Source: Sarea resinae (taxonomy: Eukaryota). Taken from it: 64,000 nt of DNA. The notes under the pieces were generated by a model, which was not told the origin of the DNA, made no database searches, and saw only the letters and a list, made by a program, of their open reading frames with translations. The stretch is from NCBI GenBank assembly GCA_026026165.1, contig JAPEUD010000007.1, positions 124,001-188,000 on the forward strand. The letters run 5' to 3'. Numbering within the stretch: position 1 is the first letter of the stretch; each line of letters opens with the position of its first letter. The position numbers and the translations under genes were made by a program. Positions 37,236 through 50,553 of this stretch are shown here, one piece after another.

Positions 37236-37497
37236 TGATTGAAGCCATCATATGAATTTAATTGAAGGGTCAGGGTTTCGACTCCTTTGAGAATCGCACA
37301 TAATGGCTCGGGAAAGACGATTAATTTTTCAATTATTTTTCACCAGGACAGGAAATGGTGAAACTCAGGTATTCATGCTTATATTAGAATTTCAGCGAGT
37401 GTCACAGATAGACCACGCTATGCGCACCGATGAATCAAAGATGACAGCATTAAAAACTTTTGCCACTTTTAAGTTTCCTTCTGGAGACTAAATCATA

Positions 37498-39139
37498 TCA
37501 GTAAACGCCCGGAATAATGCGAGAAGGAACCCTCCTCTTGTACTCCTCCCAATCATTGCCATACTTCCTCTCGCACTTCTCCTCATCTCTCAGCTCACGG
37601 TGGACCAACAGAATTGCAAAATAGATGACGTAAAAATACGTGATGAGCATAGCGTAGCCTTTCGCCTCCCCCTGCACGACCTTCGTTCCGACGGGCTGAC
37701 CTGCTAGCACTGAATGCCCCAAGATGGGGTCGCCCAATGGCGTGGATGAGCCATCCATGACTGGCGGCGCCTTGGACGGGTGCTCAATGAGGTAGCCCGC
37801 AATCCCGGTAGGTAAACACCACGCCCAGGACATGATCCAGTCACCGAGATAGTTGATATGCCTCGCAGTTCCCCACCATCCAGATACGAGGAGTTTGCTA
37901 CCGGACTTAGTTTCCATATATTTCAGATGAGCGACCTTCGGATCCTTGGGATCGGTGCGGAAGCGATTCTTCTCGTTGTTAGTAGAGCGGAAGATGTAGT
38001 ATCCTGTAGCTTGGACAGCAAGCACGCCTAGGGTACCCCAAAGCCCAAGCTGCACGGGGTAGACAGCAAGGTAGCGCGTCTGAAGAGAGTAGATGAAGGG
38101 CACCCAGACGAGGTCACCAAATGCAAGCATGAAACCGAAACCATCGGTGGTAATGTCCATTGTAGTTAGGATCGCGGGCTCCATCCATAGCGCGTCGAGG
38201 ACGTAGATGGATTGAAAAAGAGTGATGAGGACGATGCTGTCGGAGACAAAGCCGTAGCGCTTGTATTGCTGGGCTATGAAGGTGAAGTCAAGGATCATCC
38301 ACCCCAGCATTCCGGGTCGCAATTCGCAGAAAGACTTGATATCGATATCTCCGAGAATGGGAAGCGCGATGCGCGGATTGAGTTCGCGACCTATGAACCA
38401 ATCATAGATCATGTTTCCAGAGTGGCCTCCTGCTGCCAATTCGCGATGGTCTTTATTCCCTGATTTAACCGAGAAGCTTCTGACGTACACAAACGTGGCG
38501 AGGGCAAATGATATGCAGATGTTGGCTGTCAACAATTCGGTGTAGTGGTTCCAAATGTACGTCCAGAGCACGAAGTCGGCTCCTTGAGCAATAGTGCCCG
38601 CAAGAGCAACAGCCAAGATTGCCACAGCAGAGTTGAATGCTAGAGAAAACATGAGTCAATCGAATTCGTGGTAGGGGATTGCCCAACTCTATCCGTGCAG
38701 ACCAACCGTTGAATTTGTATTTCAATTTCCCGCCAGAGCTTAGCTCAACACCCTCACTTTCCTGTCCGGGTAGGATCACCTGCAGAAGCAGACTCAAGGT
38801 GTAATAACAGATGACGATTCCAAATGCTTTAGCACCTATCAAGTCCCGGAGGCCATCTACCGGCCAGCCCGCATCTGCCTTGAGCTTCGCCAGTGTCAGG
38901 GTTGAAGGATGCAAGACCGATGGGACAGGACATCCTGACACGTCGTTGCAGAGAAAAGTGGCAAGGTAGCATGCGAATGGTAAGCCTATTGTTATACCTA
39001 GAGCTCCGATACTGTGGGCAATTAGCAATGCGCAGAGCTTTGTTGGGATTGAGAGAAGAGCTTACGGGCCACCGAACTCATAGCCATGGGGCTTTTCTTC
39101 TTCGGTCGATTTCTTGGTCTTCGACTTAGACGTCGACAT
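37498..39139 (-). CDS. ERG24: C-14 sterol reductase, 506 aa
   Basis: Exons 39139-39066, 39011-38707, 38639-37498. Motifs: YEFGGP, YDWFIGRELNPR, FCELRPG, TTMDITTDGFGFMLAFGDL, LLVSGWWG..RHINYLGD, KCERKYG..W..Y...VP. Confidence 0.95.
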
Positions 39140-39546
39140 GTTGATAAAAGTTGCTCCAAGAGTGGAACAAGACAGGATAGATGATTAGAGGTTTCAGGCG
39201 CAACTAGTGAAGCATTTCGAGTTATCTTGTTCGGATTTACTACTGGTAGCCTTCGACTACCTCACTATTATTTGTTTGTTGAGTCTTGATCACATCTACA
39301 GAGAAGGTCCGCATCACCAGCCGTAACCTGACAACCGTCACTACGGTAGCCGCATTTGATGGCTACCTGACACTTCGCGTCCTAGATTCGTAATTCCTCC
39401 GCGGTTACAGGTTCCATTTCTTCGCACTCGGTCTCCTTTTCCCTTCACTTTATTCCTTCCACTCGTAGTCGGTGGATTAACGCTCTTGCTATATTTCGGT
39501 GCCTCTGGGCATCTTGGTCCGCCGTGGCCACCTTGCGATTCCCATC

Positions 39547-40951
39547 ATGCAGCTTGTTGCCTTTGTCGCGACCCTCTTCCTCCTGCTCAGCCCCACTCTC
39601 GCGGCCAGTAACAAGAAATCTATACCCAATAAACCGTGCGCTGTGCGCTCTCCAAATACCGGATCTTTCTTCGATCTCTCTTCGATCTCATTGAAGCCTC
39701 TGGAGCCAGGCCAAAAGCGACACAAGGATGATCGGACCGAGAGTTGGCATGCCAAGGGATATGACTATCCGGCCAATTTCACCCTCAACTTTTGCGCGCC
39801 AGTTCTGGAGGACGTCAAAGAGGTTGTTGGGGTTGACAAGAGCTTGTGGAAGAATGTGAGCGCATTTTACGAGTTTGACGGGAAAGTCTATTCATTAGGG
39901 TAGGTCTCGATTCCTATTCCGGATCTGAAGCCCACAGAGGATAGATGAGAGAACGATCTCGTTGCGTTTATGAAGCCGGAAATATTCGAGTACAATACCG
40001 CTCGTCACGAATACAGGAATCCTTGTAGCGCTTGCCTGAATTTTCCCAGCTGCATGGGAGTGTTGCTCTATCGTCCGAACTGGCTGACTCTATTCTTCCA
40101 CTTATAGGCAACAATCATCAGAGCCTGTCTTTCGCGGGCGAAAGCTAGTGCTCAACTACACTGACGGCTCCCCGTGCTCATCCAGAACGTCTTCTGGCTT
40201 ATTAGACAGGACAGTGGTGACGCTCAAGGAACCTAAGAAGCCCATCGACGATGATGAAGACGACGACAAAAGTCGTAAGGGCCATCATAAGGAGACATCA
40301 AAGGACGGCATTCGGCGGAAGTCAACAATCATATCACTCCTCTGCGACCGAGATCCTCTGGCTCCCAAGGCCTCCTTAGCTTTTGTAGGCGCAAGCCCAG
40401 ACGAGTGCTCTTACTTCTTCGAAGCTCGGTCTCAGGCTGCCTGCGGTCGAGTCAACGATGCTCAGCAAACGTTAGGTCCTGGTGGTGTGTTTGGAGTAAT
40501 GTGAGTTTGATTTATGCCTAGCTTTTCAAAGGTGTCATATCTTTTGGACCTCCAGCTAATGACGTTGTAGCGTACTGATCGCGGTGCTGGTCTATGTCGC
40601 TGGAGGCTGTGTCTATCAAAGGACAGTGATGCATCAGCGCGGCTGGCGCCAGCTACCAAACTACTCAATGTGGTCTGGGATGGCTAGCTTTGTCAAGGTG
40701 GGCCTCTTACGTGCTCTCCTGTGCCTGCGCTTCAAAGGCGCCGCGCATCGAAAGATTTGAGGTGAAAGGACTGTAGCTAATTCGAACAGGACATGTTTAT
40801 AATCATGTTCTCTTCATGTACTCGGTATCTTCCTGGGCGCCATGGATACAATCGCGTGTCCGCAAACCAAGATAGTTCTCGGACCGGGACAAGCAGGGCC
40901 GATGACGAAAATCGGCTGATCGATCAGCTGGATGAAGAATGGGATGATTGA
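39547..40951 (+). CDS. MRL1: Mannose-6-phosphate-receptor-like vacuolar sorting receptor (Mrl1-like), 344 aa
   Basis: Exons 39547-39899, 40108-40500, 40571-40697, 40790-40951. Signal peptide, MRH-like domain (FFDL, NFTLNFC, LNYTDGSPC, CSYFFE), TM helix, RGWRQLPNY, tail ENRLIDQLDEEWDD. Confidence 0.85.
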
Positions 40952-41802
40952 GCGTCTGGGTCTGGACTAGCATCAAATTGGAGGACATGGGACGGCGTTC
41001 TACAGGGTTATTTCAATGCTGCATTTTCCGGACAGGATAGGGGCGTGGGGAGGTATGAATCCGATGTTCAAGAAACGGTGGTCTATCGTAGAATGAGGGC
41101 CTCGGTTTGGCTGGTCATGTCAGGTATAGAAAGCTTCTCGGAAGCACAGTACCTTTAGATACATACATCTCGTCATCCTTGCTTTCTTTGGAGAAGCGAA
41201 TGAGGGTTCTAGCATGGCAACTTTCCACATCTGTCATTTCCCGTAGCCGACCAGGATATATGTCGGTTTCTCTACTATGGTAGGTTTCCCTGCTACTCTG
41301 TTGGCCTATCTACCTTACTTACCTTGCCTACACAAAACCTGACATGGCGTACCTAGTCGTGTTTAGATGTTTACCTTAGATGTTTAGATCTCGGCAACTA
41401 GTGGCAAGCGTTGTCGATCGATGAGATCGAATCCGATAAGCGAATATGGAGGTATTGTTCCCATATTCCAGTCGCGTTCGAGATCGGCATTAAAACTTTC
41501 CCGTTCTCTGTTCTTGACGCTAAACCTCAAGAAAAAGAAGAGGAAGCTCTACGACATCATGACTGCCTCGTGTTGCCTTTTCGTTCATCGCCGGTGATTG
41601 CATTTTATTACCTTGACATTCTTCAGTCTCATATCGTCTTGCAAATGCCTATATCTTTTTTTGGCTCTTTTGTCGAACAGCTACAACCTTCCCTTTCTCT
41701 CGATTCTAGAACCAATCCTTCTTTCCTCGTAATTCGTGATCCTCATACCAAAGCAACCTCTGCTATTTCTTGTCATAAAGTGAACGAATATCTTTCAACG
41801 TC

Positions 41803-43887
41803 ATGCCTAAGCCACGTGTCATCTATTGGTTCCGTACCGATCTCCGCTTGCACGACTCTCCTGCTCTGAAAGGTGCTCTGGACCTCGACCCAGAATGCCT
41901 CTACCCTATATGGACCTGGGATCCTCATTATGTGTATCGTGCCAAAGTCGGTCCTAATCGATGGCAGTTCCTGTAAGCCCATCTCTCGGATCATGATATT
42001 GTGACACTGACAGCTCTAGGCTTGATTGCCAGTCCGACCTATCTGCTTCGATTGCCAAGCTGAATCCTAAATCAAAGCTTCTCCTCATGCGCGAAGCTCC
42101 TACGACCTTACTTCCCAAGTTGTTCAAGGCGTGGAAGATATCTCATCTGGTCTTTGAAAAAGACACGGATGCTTATGCCAGAGAGAGAGATGACGAGGTC
42201 GTAAGATTGGCTGGGAAAGCTGGGGTTGAGGTAGTGGTCAAAGTAGGAAGGACTTTGTATGATCCGGACGAGTTGGTAAAGGCAAATCATGGCAAGCCAA
42301 CGATGTCTATCAGCCAGGTCCAAAGCGTATGTACAAAGGCTTCATGCCATCTCTATCTTCGTTTCTGATGAACTGCAGGCTGGGCCAAAGATCGGAGACA
42401 TTCCAAGGCCAATACCTGCGCCAAAGTCTCTACCAGACCCAGGAGACACGAAAATAGGATTTAAGCAAGAGCGCCCATCTTCCAGTCCCGACCTGAACGC
42501 AATTCAGCGAGATGGTGAAGAAAAGTCTTATTTGAGTATATCTGGACCGAACAACGATTTCGCCATTCCCACGCTCTCAGAGATTGGCCTCAAGCCAGCC
42601 ACTACCTTCCACCGTGGCGGCGAGACCGCCGCCCTCCAAATCCTTGATGAAGTCATCGACAACGAGGATTACGCTGCTACGTTCCAAAAGCCCAATACAG
42701 CTCCTACAGCGTTCTCTCCTCAATCTACCACCCTCTTATCGCCTCACCTGCACTTTGGTACCCTCAGCTGCCGCGAATTTTACTATCGAGCCCAAGATGT
42801 TGTTGATTCCTACAAAGGGACGCCATCTCGCCCTCCCACAAGCCTGACGGGCCAGCTTCTCTTCCGAGACATGTACTTCGCTGCCCAAGCAGCTCTGGGG
42901 TACCACTTTGCACAGACATATGGGAACTCTCATTGCCGTTTCATACCATGGCATCTACCATCCAAAGTCGACTCCTCGACTGGTCTTGTAACGGGGTCCT
43001 ATACTATCGACTCTTCCGAAGCTGAAGAATGGTTCCAACGCTGGAAGTTCGGCCGCACCGGGTTTCCCTGGATCGATGCCCTGATGCGGCAACTTCGCAC
43101 CGAAGGCTGGATACATCATCTCGGGCGTCACGCCGTGGCATGCTTTCTCACGCGAGGAGGCTGCTATGTCGACTGGGAGCGTGGAGCCGATGTATTTGAG
43201 GAATGGCTCATTGACCATGAGCCAGCCTGCAATATTGGAAACTGGCAGTGGCTGTCTTGCACGGCATTCTATTCCCAGTTCTACAGATGCTATAGCCCAG
43301 TGGCCTTCCCGCAGAAGACAGACCGTGAGGGTGCCTTTGTACGGCACTTTGTCCCCGAGCTTCAGAATTACCCCGCCAAGTACATCTACGAGCCCTGGAA
43401 GGCTCCGATTGCGGATCAGAAGCGTGCTGGATGTCTTATCAAGGGGGACGGAAATTCGAGCGAGCCGGAGAATGGCGAGGTCGGTGGCACGATGTCAACC
43501 TACCCTCAGCCCATGTTCGACTTTTCTATCCGTCGCTCCATATGCTTGGGCGCTATGAAAGAAGCATACCACGTCGGACTGCACGGCAACGACTCGAAGG
43601 TTCTAGATGGCTCCTGGAAGTCGCTCTTTTCCGATTCTGCGGAGGGAAGTGCTCCAAATGGCAAGGGCAGCTCGCACAAGCAGAGTGAATACCAGGATGC
43701 CGACAAGGATGCGGTCGAGGAAGACCAAGGTGGGGCGGCAGATACGGGCGGTGACGGTGCGGAGAATGGAGGAAGGGGAAATAAACGGAAGATTGGGCGG
43801 GGTGGTGGTAAGGCTAGAGGGCGAGCGAAAGGCAAGGCAGGGGTTCAGAACACTTTGGATGGATTTGCTAAGAGGGTCAAGACGTAA
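41803..43887 (+). CDS. (6-4) photolyase / animal-type cryptochrome family protein, 661 aa
   Basis: Exons 41803-41972, 42020-42326, 42379-43887. Motifs: IYWFRTDLRLHDSPAL, TTLLSPHLHFG, GRTGFPWIDA, WIHHLGRHAVACFLTRG (both His residues of the (6-4) catalytic motif), NWQWLS. Confidence 0.92.
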
Positions 43888-45273
43888 GGTTTACTCCGGA
43901 GTATTGGCGCAGGAAGTATATGTAGGGGTAAATATTGACTTTCTCGGCTTCCGGGGGTGGGATGCTCAGGGCCCCCGTGTACTTTGCGCACTCAAGGCGT
44001 CGGGTGCCCCGATCCTATCACCGTATATGGTTCGAGAATAAGTCATAGCAATAAAGTTTCTTCGTGTGACCCTTTTTGCTCGTTGCAATTAGTGTCGCTT
44101 TGCAGGGCTCGAGTCTTGCTGGCCCCATGGTCGGGCGCCGTTCCGCATGATCTATCGGGTACCGCGATATTAACCTGGCCAAGCACGGATACAGACGACG
44201 CCGGTGGCGGTGGAGGTGGTGGAGGTGGTGGTGGTGGTGGTGTTGATGGTGGCTGTCATTGAGTCGCGATGGCTGACCCTGCACCCCGCATTTCGAGAAA
44301 AGTGGTACAGTAGGGCCACCGCGCCGGCTGAAGTAACGACGGCGGCCGGTGTTCTACCGTTGTTCTACCGTGCCGGCGCCGGTGCGCGTGTAGATGGATG
44401 AGGTGGGCTTATCACGATGCATTTTACCGGAGAGATCTCCCCGGGGGGGGGGGCGCGGGCAATTTACCCAGCGATGGAAATGAGAGCTCCATCATATCTC
44501 GTCCCCTATTACGGATGGAAGCTAGATGGATGGGTATGTGAAAGCAATTATGATGATTGCTAGTAACAGGGGAGAGAGATCTGGATCGTGCTGTTGTTGT
44601 CGTTCTTGTTGATGTTGACATTGTGATCGTCTTCTGAGACAGTGCTACTATTAATACCGCTGCAGAGCATCGATCGTGGTGGGTTCGTGGGTTGCACATT
44701 GGCCGGAGTAAGGCCAAGATGAAGGGGATTGATTGGGAGTGACTCTGCGGCGGATTCGATACTCTACTGGCCTGAGCAAGGTACTCGAGTATGGTTGTCG
44801 AGGGTACGAAGGGAGGGACCATGACTAAGTCGCTCGATCATATCCCGAAGTAGTGCCGCAGCAGGTACTGAGTACTCTGAACCTTGAGTACATCCATGAG
44901 TGGTGCGAGGATGCCGGACACGGCAGATGGCCGAGGGTAGAGGGTACTCGGAGTAGTGGCCCCTCCACTCGTGGCCGGCTGGGCCGGTACCTCGAGTTCG
45001 TGGTCCTTCGTGATCTGGTTCGCCGGGAACCACGGCGCCTTGCATCAATGCTCCATGTCATATGTATGCGGACGAAGTCTCTCGGTCAGTGCTGTAAGGG
45101 ATCGAGTGCTCGAGCTGTCATGACGGACCGCGAGTGTGGTGTCGTCGTCAGCTCTCAGGAACCACAGGAACCACAGGAACCAAGCGGGCCCGAAGTCCTC
45201 TTTGTGGCAACGACGGGCGAAAACATACCGACCAGGGGAAGGGTCGCCCGGCCACTAACTCGTAGTCGATGCT

Positions 45274-45309
45274 AGACTGCTCAGACTGCTCAGACTGCTC
45301 AGACTGCTC
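45274..45309. repeat. (AGACTGCTC)x4 tandem repeat
   Basis: Four perfect 9-mers upstream of the GH3 gene. Confidence 0.9.
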
Positions 45310-46050
45310 AGAGGTCCCAAGAGACGGTGGTGGTGGTGGTGGTGCCTTGCTCTTCGCAGTCACGACTAACGTCACTAACATCACTAACATCACTAACATG
45401 GATCACTAGCATCAACGAACATCGCCAACCTCATTACATACTCTACTCTAAGATACTCGTAGCATCCACTACCCACTACCCACTACCCACTACCACTACG
45501 CCTGCCGTCGAGCCAGAGCATCCCCGCAAATACAGATCGACACCTGCATCATCCGGATTGGTATCCCTGGAGAGCTCCGTCACTCGGTCACCGCATCATG
45601 GCAGCCCTGCCTGCCCTGCCTGCCTCGACCCGTTGGGGCCCTCGCCGGAGTACTATGAGTAGTGTCCTTGATCCATCCGGTGATCAGTCCTAAACATCCT
45701 GGATCCTGCTCTCCAGCTGTCATCTATAAACGTGCATCCACTCGACTTTCTGTACGACAACAACAATAACACACGATCCTTCAAATTCCTCTCATTGCGT
45801 CGCTTCACTCGATTGACCTCAGCCGTTCGCTCTGCTATTGTCCCCTCTCACCCTTTGCCCTCTCACCCCCGCCGTCCTCCAATGGGGACTACCTAAATTC
45901 TTCTCCTCTCTTTTGCATTGTTGCATCCTGAAACTTCCCCATCGTTTGCATTGTGGTCAGATCTTTCCGGCCTCAATTGGCGAGAAAATTTCCTCTGTCT
46001 ATAGTACAATCGACATAGAGGCGTGAGACGCTTGTTCTCTATCGCCCGGC

Positions 46051-49000
46051 ATGTGGTTCGCTCACGGCGCAGCTCTGCTGCTGGCCGCCACCGGTGCCTA
46101 TGCCCAAGGCAATTCAACTGCTCCTGTACGTTTGAAAGGCCATCGCGCAGTATCTTTCGTGTGATGAGAAGGTGAAGACTGACTTGGCATAGTACCCCAA
46201 CTCCACTTATCCCAATGCCAGCGTACCCTACGCCGAAGCTGGTGCTAAATTCGGCCAGCCGTCCCCTCCGAAATATCCTGCTCCATGGGCATCAGGTAGT
46301 GGTGACTGGGCGGGCGCATTTGCCCAAGCGCAAGCATTCGTCAAACAGTTGACACTCATGGAGAAGATCAATCTGACGACGGGTACAGGGTAATGGCTTT
46401 GATTGGCCAAATCATTGCGTGATGCTAACTTATTCGCAGTTGGGAGCAAGATATGTGCGTCGGTCAGACCGGGTCGATTCCTCGACTGGGTTTCCGATCC
46501 ATTTGTTTGCAGGATTCTCCTGTCGGGGTCCGAGCCAGTGGGTTACACTCTTCTTTTCTCATGAATGGAGGGGCTAAAATTTGCTAGCTGATTACAACTC
46601 CGTATTCCCCGCTGGAGTTACCATCGCAGCCACTTTTGATCGTGGCTTGTTCTACCAGAGGGGCTACGACATGGGTTCCGAACACCGCGAGAAAGGCGTT
46701 GATATTCAGCTCGGTCCGGTGGCGGGTCCTTTGGGGCGCTCTCCAGAGTCAGGCCGGAACTGGGAAGGCACGTCTTGATACCCCAGGCAACGAGAACCAT
46801 GCTGACGTCTATTTGCAGGCTTTAGCCCTGATCCAGTCCTCACTGGTGTTGCTATGGCAGAAACAATCAAAGGTATTCAAGATGCCGGAGTCATCGCTTG
46901 TGCGAAACACTTTATTGGCTACGAGCAAGAGCATTTCCGCCAAGTTTCGGAAGCGCTGGGTTTCGGATATAATATCACGGACACCATCAGCTCAAATATC
47001 GACGACAGGACGCTACATGAGCTCTATCTTTGGTATGTTTGGTACAGGACAAAACTTTTTGAGCTGGTACTGATTAGCTCCAGGCCATTTGCAGATGCAG
47101 TACGTGCCGGCGTCGGCAGCATCATGTGCTCGTACAATCAAATCAACAACAGCTACGCCTGCTCCAATGCGTACCTTCAGAATTACATCCTCAAGGGTGA
47201 ACTTGGCTTCCAAGGATTTGTCATGAGCGACTGGGGTGCCCACCACGGAGGTGTCAATACCGCATTGGCAGGTCTGGATATGAGTATGCCAGGAGACGCT
47301 CTTTTTGGATCGGGCACGTCTTTCTGGGGCTCCAATCTTACTCTGGCGGTCTTGAATGGCTCGGTGCCGGAATGGCGTATCGATGACATGGCGACCCGGA
47401 TCTTGACGTCTTGGTACTATGTTGGGCGAGACAATAACACCATCCCGATCAATTTTTCTTCATGGACCACGGATACGTTCGGGTGGCTACACGACTTGGT
47501 CGGCGAAGGTTATGGTTTGGTCAACCAGCACGTGGATGTCCGCGGAGAGCATGCCAATGATATTCGCAACATGGCAGCTAGGGGTACGGTGCTCCTGAAA
47601 AACGTGAAGAACACATTGCCTTTGACTGGAAAGGAAAAGTTCACTGCGGTATTTGGCGAAGACGCGGCGGATAGTCGCTTTGGTCCCAATGGCTGCAGTG
47701 ACCGGGGCTGTGATAATGGGACGCTCGGCATGGCTTGGGGAAGTGGAAGTGCAGGCTTCCCTTACTTGGTCACTCCTCTGACGGCGATTCAGAATGAGGT
47801 CCTGCGCAACCAAGGGATTATTCAATCGGTGACGGACAACTGGGACGCCGATTCTCAGATCTTACAACTGGCGAGACAAGCCACCCATGCAATCGTGTTT
47901 GTGAACTCCGACAGTGGCGAGGGGTATCTCTCGGTCGACGGAAATGAAGGTGACCGCCAGAACCTGACGCTCTGGCAGAACGGAGAAAATCTGATCAAGA
48001 ACGTCACGTCGCAATGCAACAACACGATCGTAGTGCTCCACAGCACCGGTCCAGTGCTCGTAGATTCTTGGGTGCACAACCCGAACATCACCGCTTTGGT
48101 GTGGGCTGGTGTGCCCGGACAAGAGTCGGGTAACTCCATTGCAGACATATTGTACGGCCGGGTCAACCCTGCTGCGCGACTACCATTCACTATGGCTGCC
48201 ACGAGAGAGGATTACGGAACGGATCTTCTATATTGGCCAAACAATGGCGAAAAGGCACCTCAATCCGAATTTACGGAAGGAGTGTTCATCGATTATCGTG
48301 CACTCGATCGTGCTGCGATCGATCCCGTCTATGAGTTTGGATTCGGCCTCAGCTATACGAATTTCACATACTCGAACCTCCAGATCGCCAAACACTTGGT
48401 TGGCAACTACACGCCCAACAGCGGCGTGACGGCCCCTGCTCCGGTGCTTGGAAACTATAGCACCAAGCTCTCCGATTACCTATTCCCGGCCAACTTCAGC
48501 AAGACAACCGCCTATCTCTATCCCAATGTCAACACTACCGACGCGGTGAAAGACTATGGTTGGACCGACTATGGTAATTCGGATTTCATCCCGAAGGGCG
48601 CGAGGGATGGTTCGCCCCAGCCTGTCAATCCTGCCGGTGGGGCGCCGGGAGGCAATCCGAAGCTGTATGACGTGCTGTATACAGTCAATGCTACCATCAC
48701 CAATACGGGTGGTCGTGATGGCGAGGAAGTTCCTCAGCTGGTGAGTCAACGCTCGTGTCTTGTTTTTGTCATTTGAAACTCCTCTCCTACTCCTTCAGCA
48801 CCCATGAATAGACAAGTACTAATAGTTTTCTTTCCAATAGTACATATCCCTTGGCTCGCCCACGGATCCCAAGGTCGTCCTCCGAGGCTTCGAACGCTTA
48901 TCCATTGACCAAGGGCAGTCGACGACGTTCTCGGTCGACATCACGAGGAGGGATCTGAGTAACTGGGATGTTGTCAGTCAAAATTGGGTGGTGTCGAATT

Positions 49001-49065
49001 ACACCAAGACGGTCTTTGTCGGGCCGTCGAGTCGGAACCTGCCTTTGAGCGCGAAGCTTTACTAA
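46051..49065 (+). CDS. Secreted GH3 beta-glucosidase (BglA/Cel3A-like), 881 aa
   Basis: Exons 46051-46125, 46193-46389, 46440-46537, 46588-46767, 46819-47032, 47084-48740, 48841-49065. Signal peptide; [36 protein letters not shown] (nucleophile), DSGEG, EEVPQLY. Confidence 0.95.
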
Positions 49066-50553
49066 GAAGGCAGGGGCGGTCGGAGGATGAGTAAAAAAAG
49101 GTGAAGGTGAAAGGGTGGTCTTGTCTATGTGGGATTGTTGACCTTGAACCTTGACATTAGCGTTTGTTGTATTTGCATTGGCATTGGCATTTGCATTTTC
49201 CGTCGTGGTTCTGGGAGAGAAGAGACGGTCCCCACTCATAATTGATCCATGCATGTAATCGTGGTGGTTCAATTCGAGCGCGTTCGTTCGTTGGCTCGTG
49301 CGTTGGCTCGTTCGTTCGTTCATTCTATTACTGTATATAATATCAACTAATCGATTCTTTCTTTTCTTTCCTTGCCGCCTTTGTGGGCTTTTGTGAGGGG
49401 AGAGCAATGGCTGATTACTGGTTCCGGTACTGATTTGCCTGGTTCCTTGTAAGCCGACACCGACCTATGAATGAGGAGAGGAAGGAGAAGAAGAATGAGA
49501 GCGAGGGGGGGAAACGAGAACGAGAAAAACAAGAAACAAGAAACAAGAAACGATAATGATAACGCAAAGGGATGCGAGAGGAGGGAGAAAAAAGAGAGGG
49601 AGAGAGGGTTTTCATTAGAGAGAGAAGAGAGGGGAAGATGAGTAAGGAAAAGGAGGAGGAAGAGGAGAGGAAGAGAAAAGAGCAAAGAGCAAAGAGCAAG
49701 GGGAAGAGAAATCAGGGAGATCTGTTTATTCTTTTTTTGGGGGGGGGGGGTTGAACTGTTTAATTGTTTGAATTGTTCAATCGTCTTGTTGTTGACCAAT
49801 TGATTTTCTCTTGTGTTTCTAGAAAATTGATTAGAATTATTCTCTCTCTCTCTCCCCCCCCTTCCCTCATTCTCTTTATCTAGGTCTCTGTATACCTCTA
49901 TACCTCTTTCTCTTTTACTCCTTTCTTTCTTTTACTTCTTAGGATTAGACTTCTCTTACTCTATACTCTTACCCTATACTCTATCTGTCTACCTATCTAC
50001 CTATCTAAAAAGAAACAAAGAAAAACAGAAAGATCAAATAAAAGAAAAGGGAAAAAACACTAGGTATTTCTATTTCTATACCTATTTCTGTTTTTCTAGT
50101 ATCTCTAGTATCTAGCCATCTAGCTAGCTAAGATTTCTGTTCTTATTTTTGAAACATAGAGTGTATGTGTAATAGGATAGGATAGAAGAGGATATAACAG
50201 GACAGCATAGGCTAGGACAGCACAGGCTAGAATATAATAAAAGTACTCTGCAACGCCGCTATGAACGCCTAACGCGCGACTGAGTGACTGAGTGACTGAC
50301 TACCAAATGAGTGAGTGAGTGACTGGCTGTCTATCACTACGCTATGCCCATCCATACGGCTGATATTCCCTAGGAACCCTTCGTTGTCGATCCATCACCC
50401 ATTCACGTCCGAAGCTGTGCGGTCTAGTAAGTCTTTTTTCAATTGCCTCAACGCCCCCTCTCCCAGCACCATCCGTCTTCCCTTGCCTTGCCCTGACCAC
50501 ACCCAAACACCACCCACCCACCCACCCAACCGACCAACAAAACAAACGCCCAC

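Noticed and set aside
37274..37285. B-box/T-loop-like GGTTTCGACTCC suggesting a tRNA
   Set aside because: Imperfect match; no A box, anticodon arm or acceptor stem can be built around it.
45150..45500. Short tandem repeats as a CRISPR-like array
   Set aside because: Head-to-tail 7-9-nt units with no unique spacers, in a eukaryotic context.
49051..49065. AKL near the GH3 C-terminus as a peroxisomal PTS1
   Set aside because: The protein ends AKLY, not AKL, and has an N-terminal signal peptide.
49070..50330. AT-rich low-complexity stretch as a possible RIP-degraded transposon
   Set aside because: Made of purine/pyrimidine tracts and short tandem repeats; no terminal repeats or transposase remnants.
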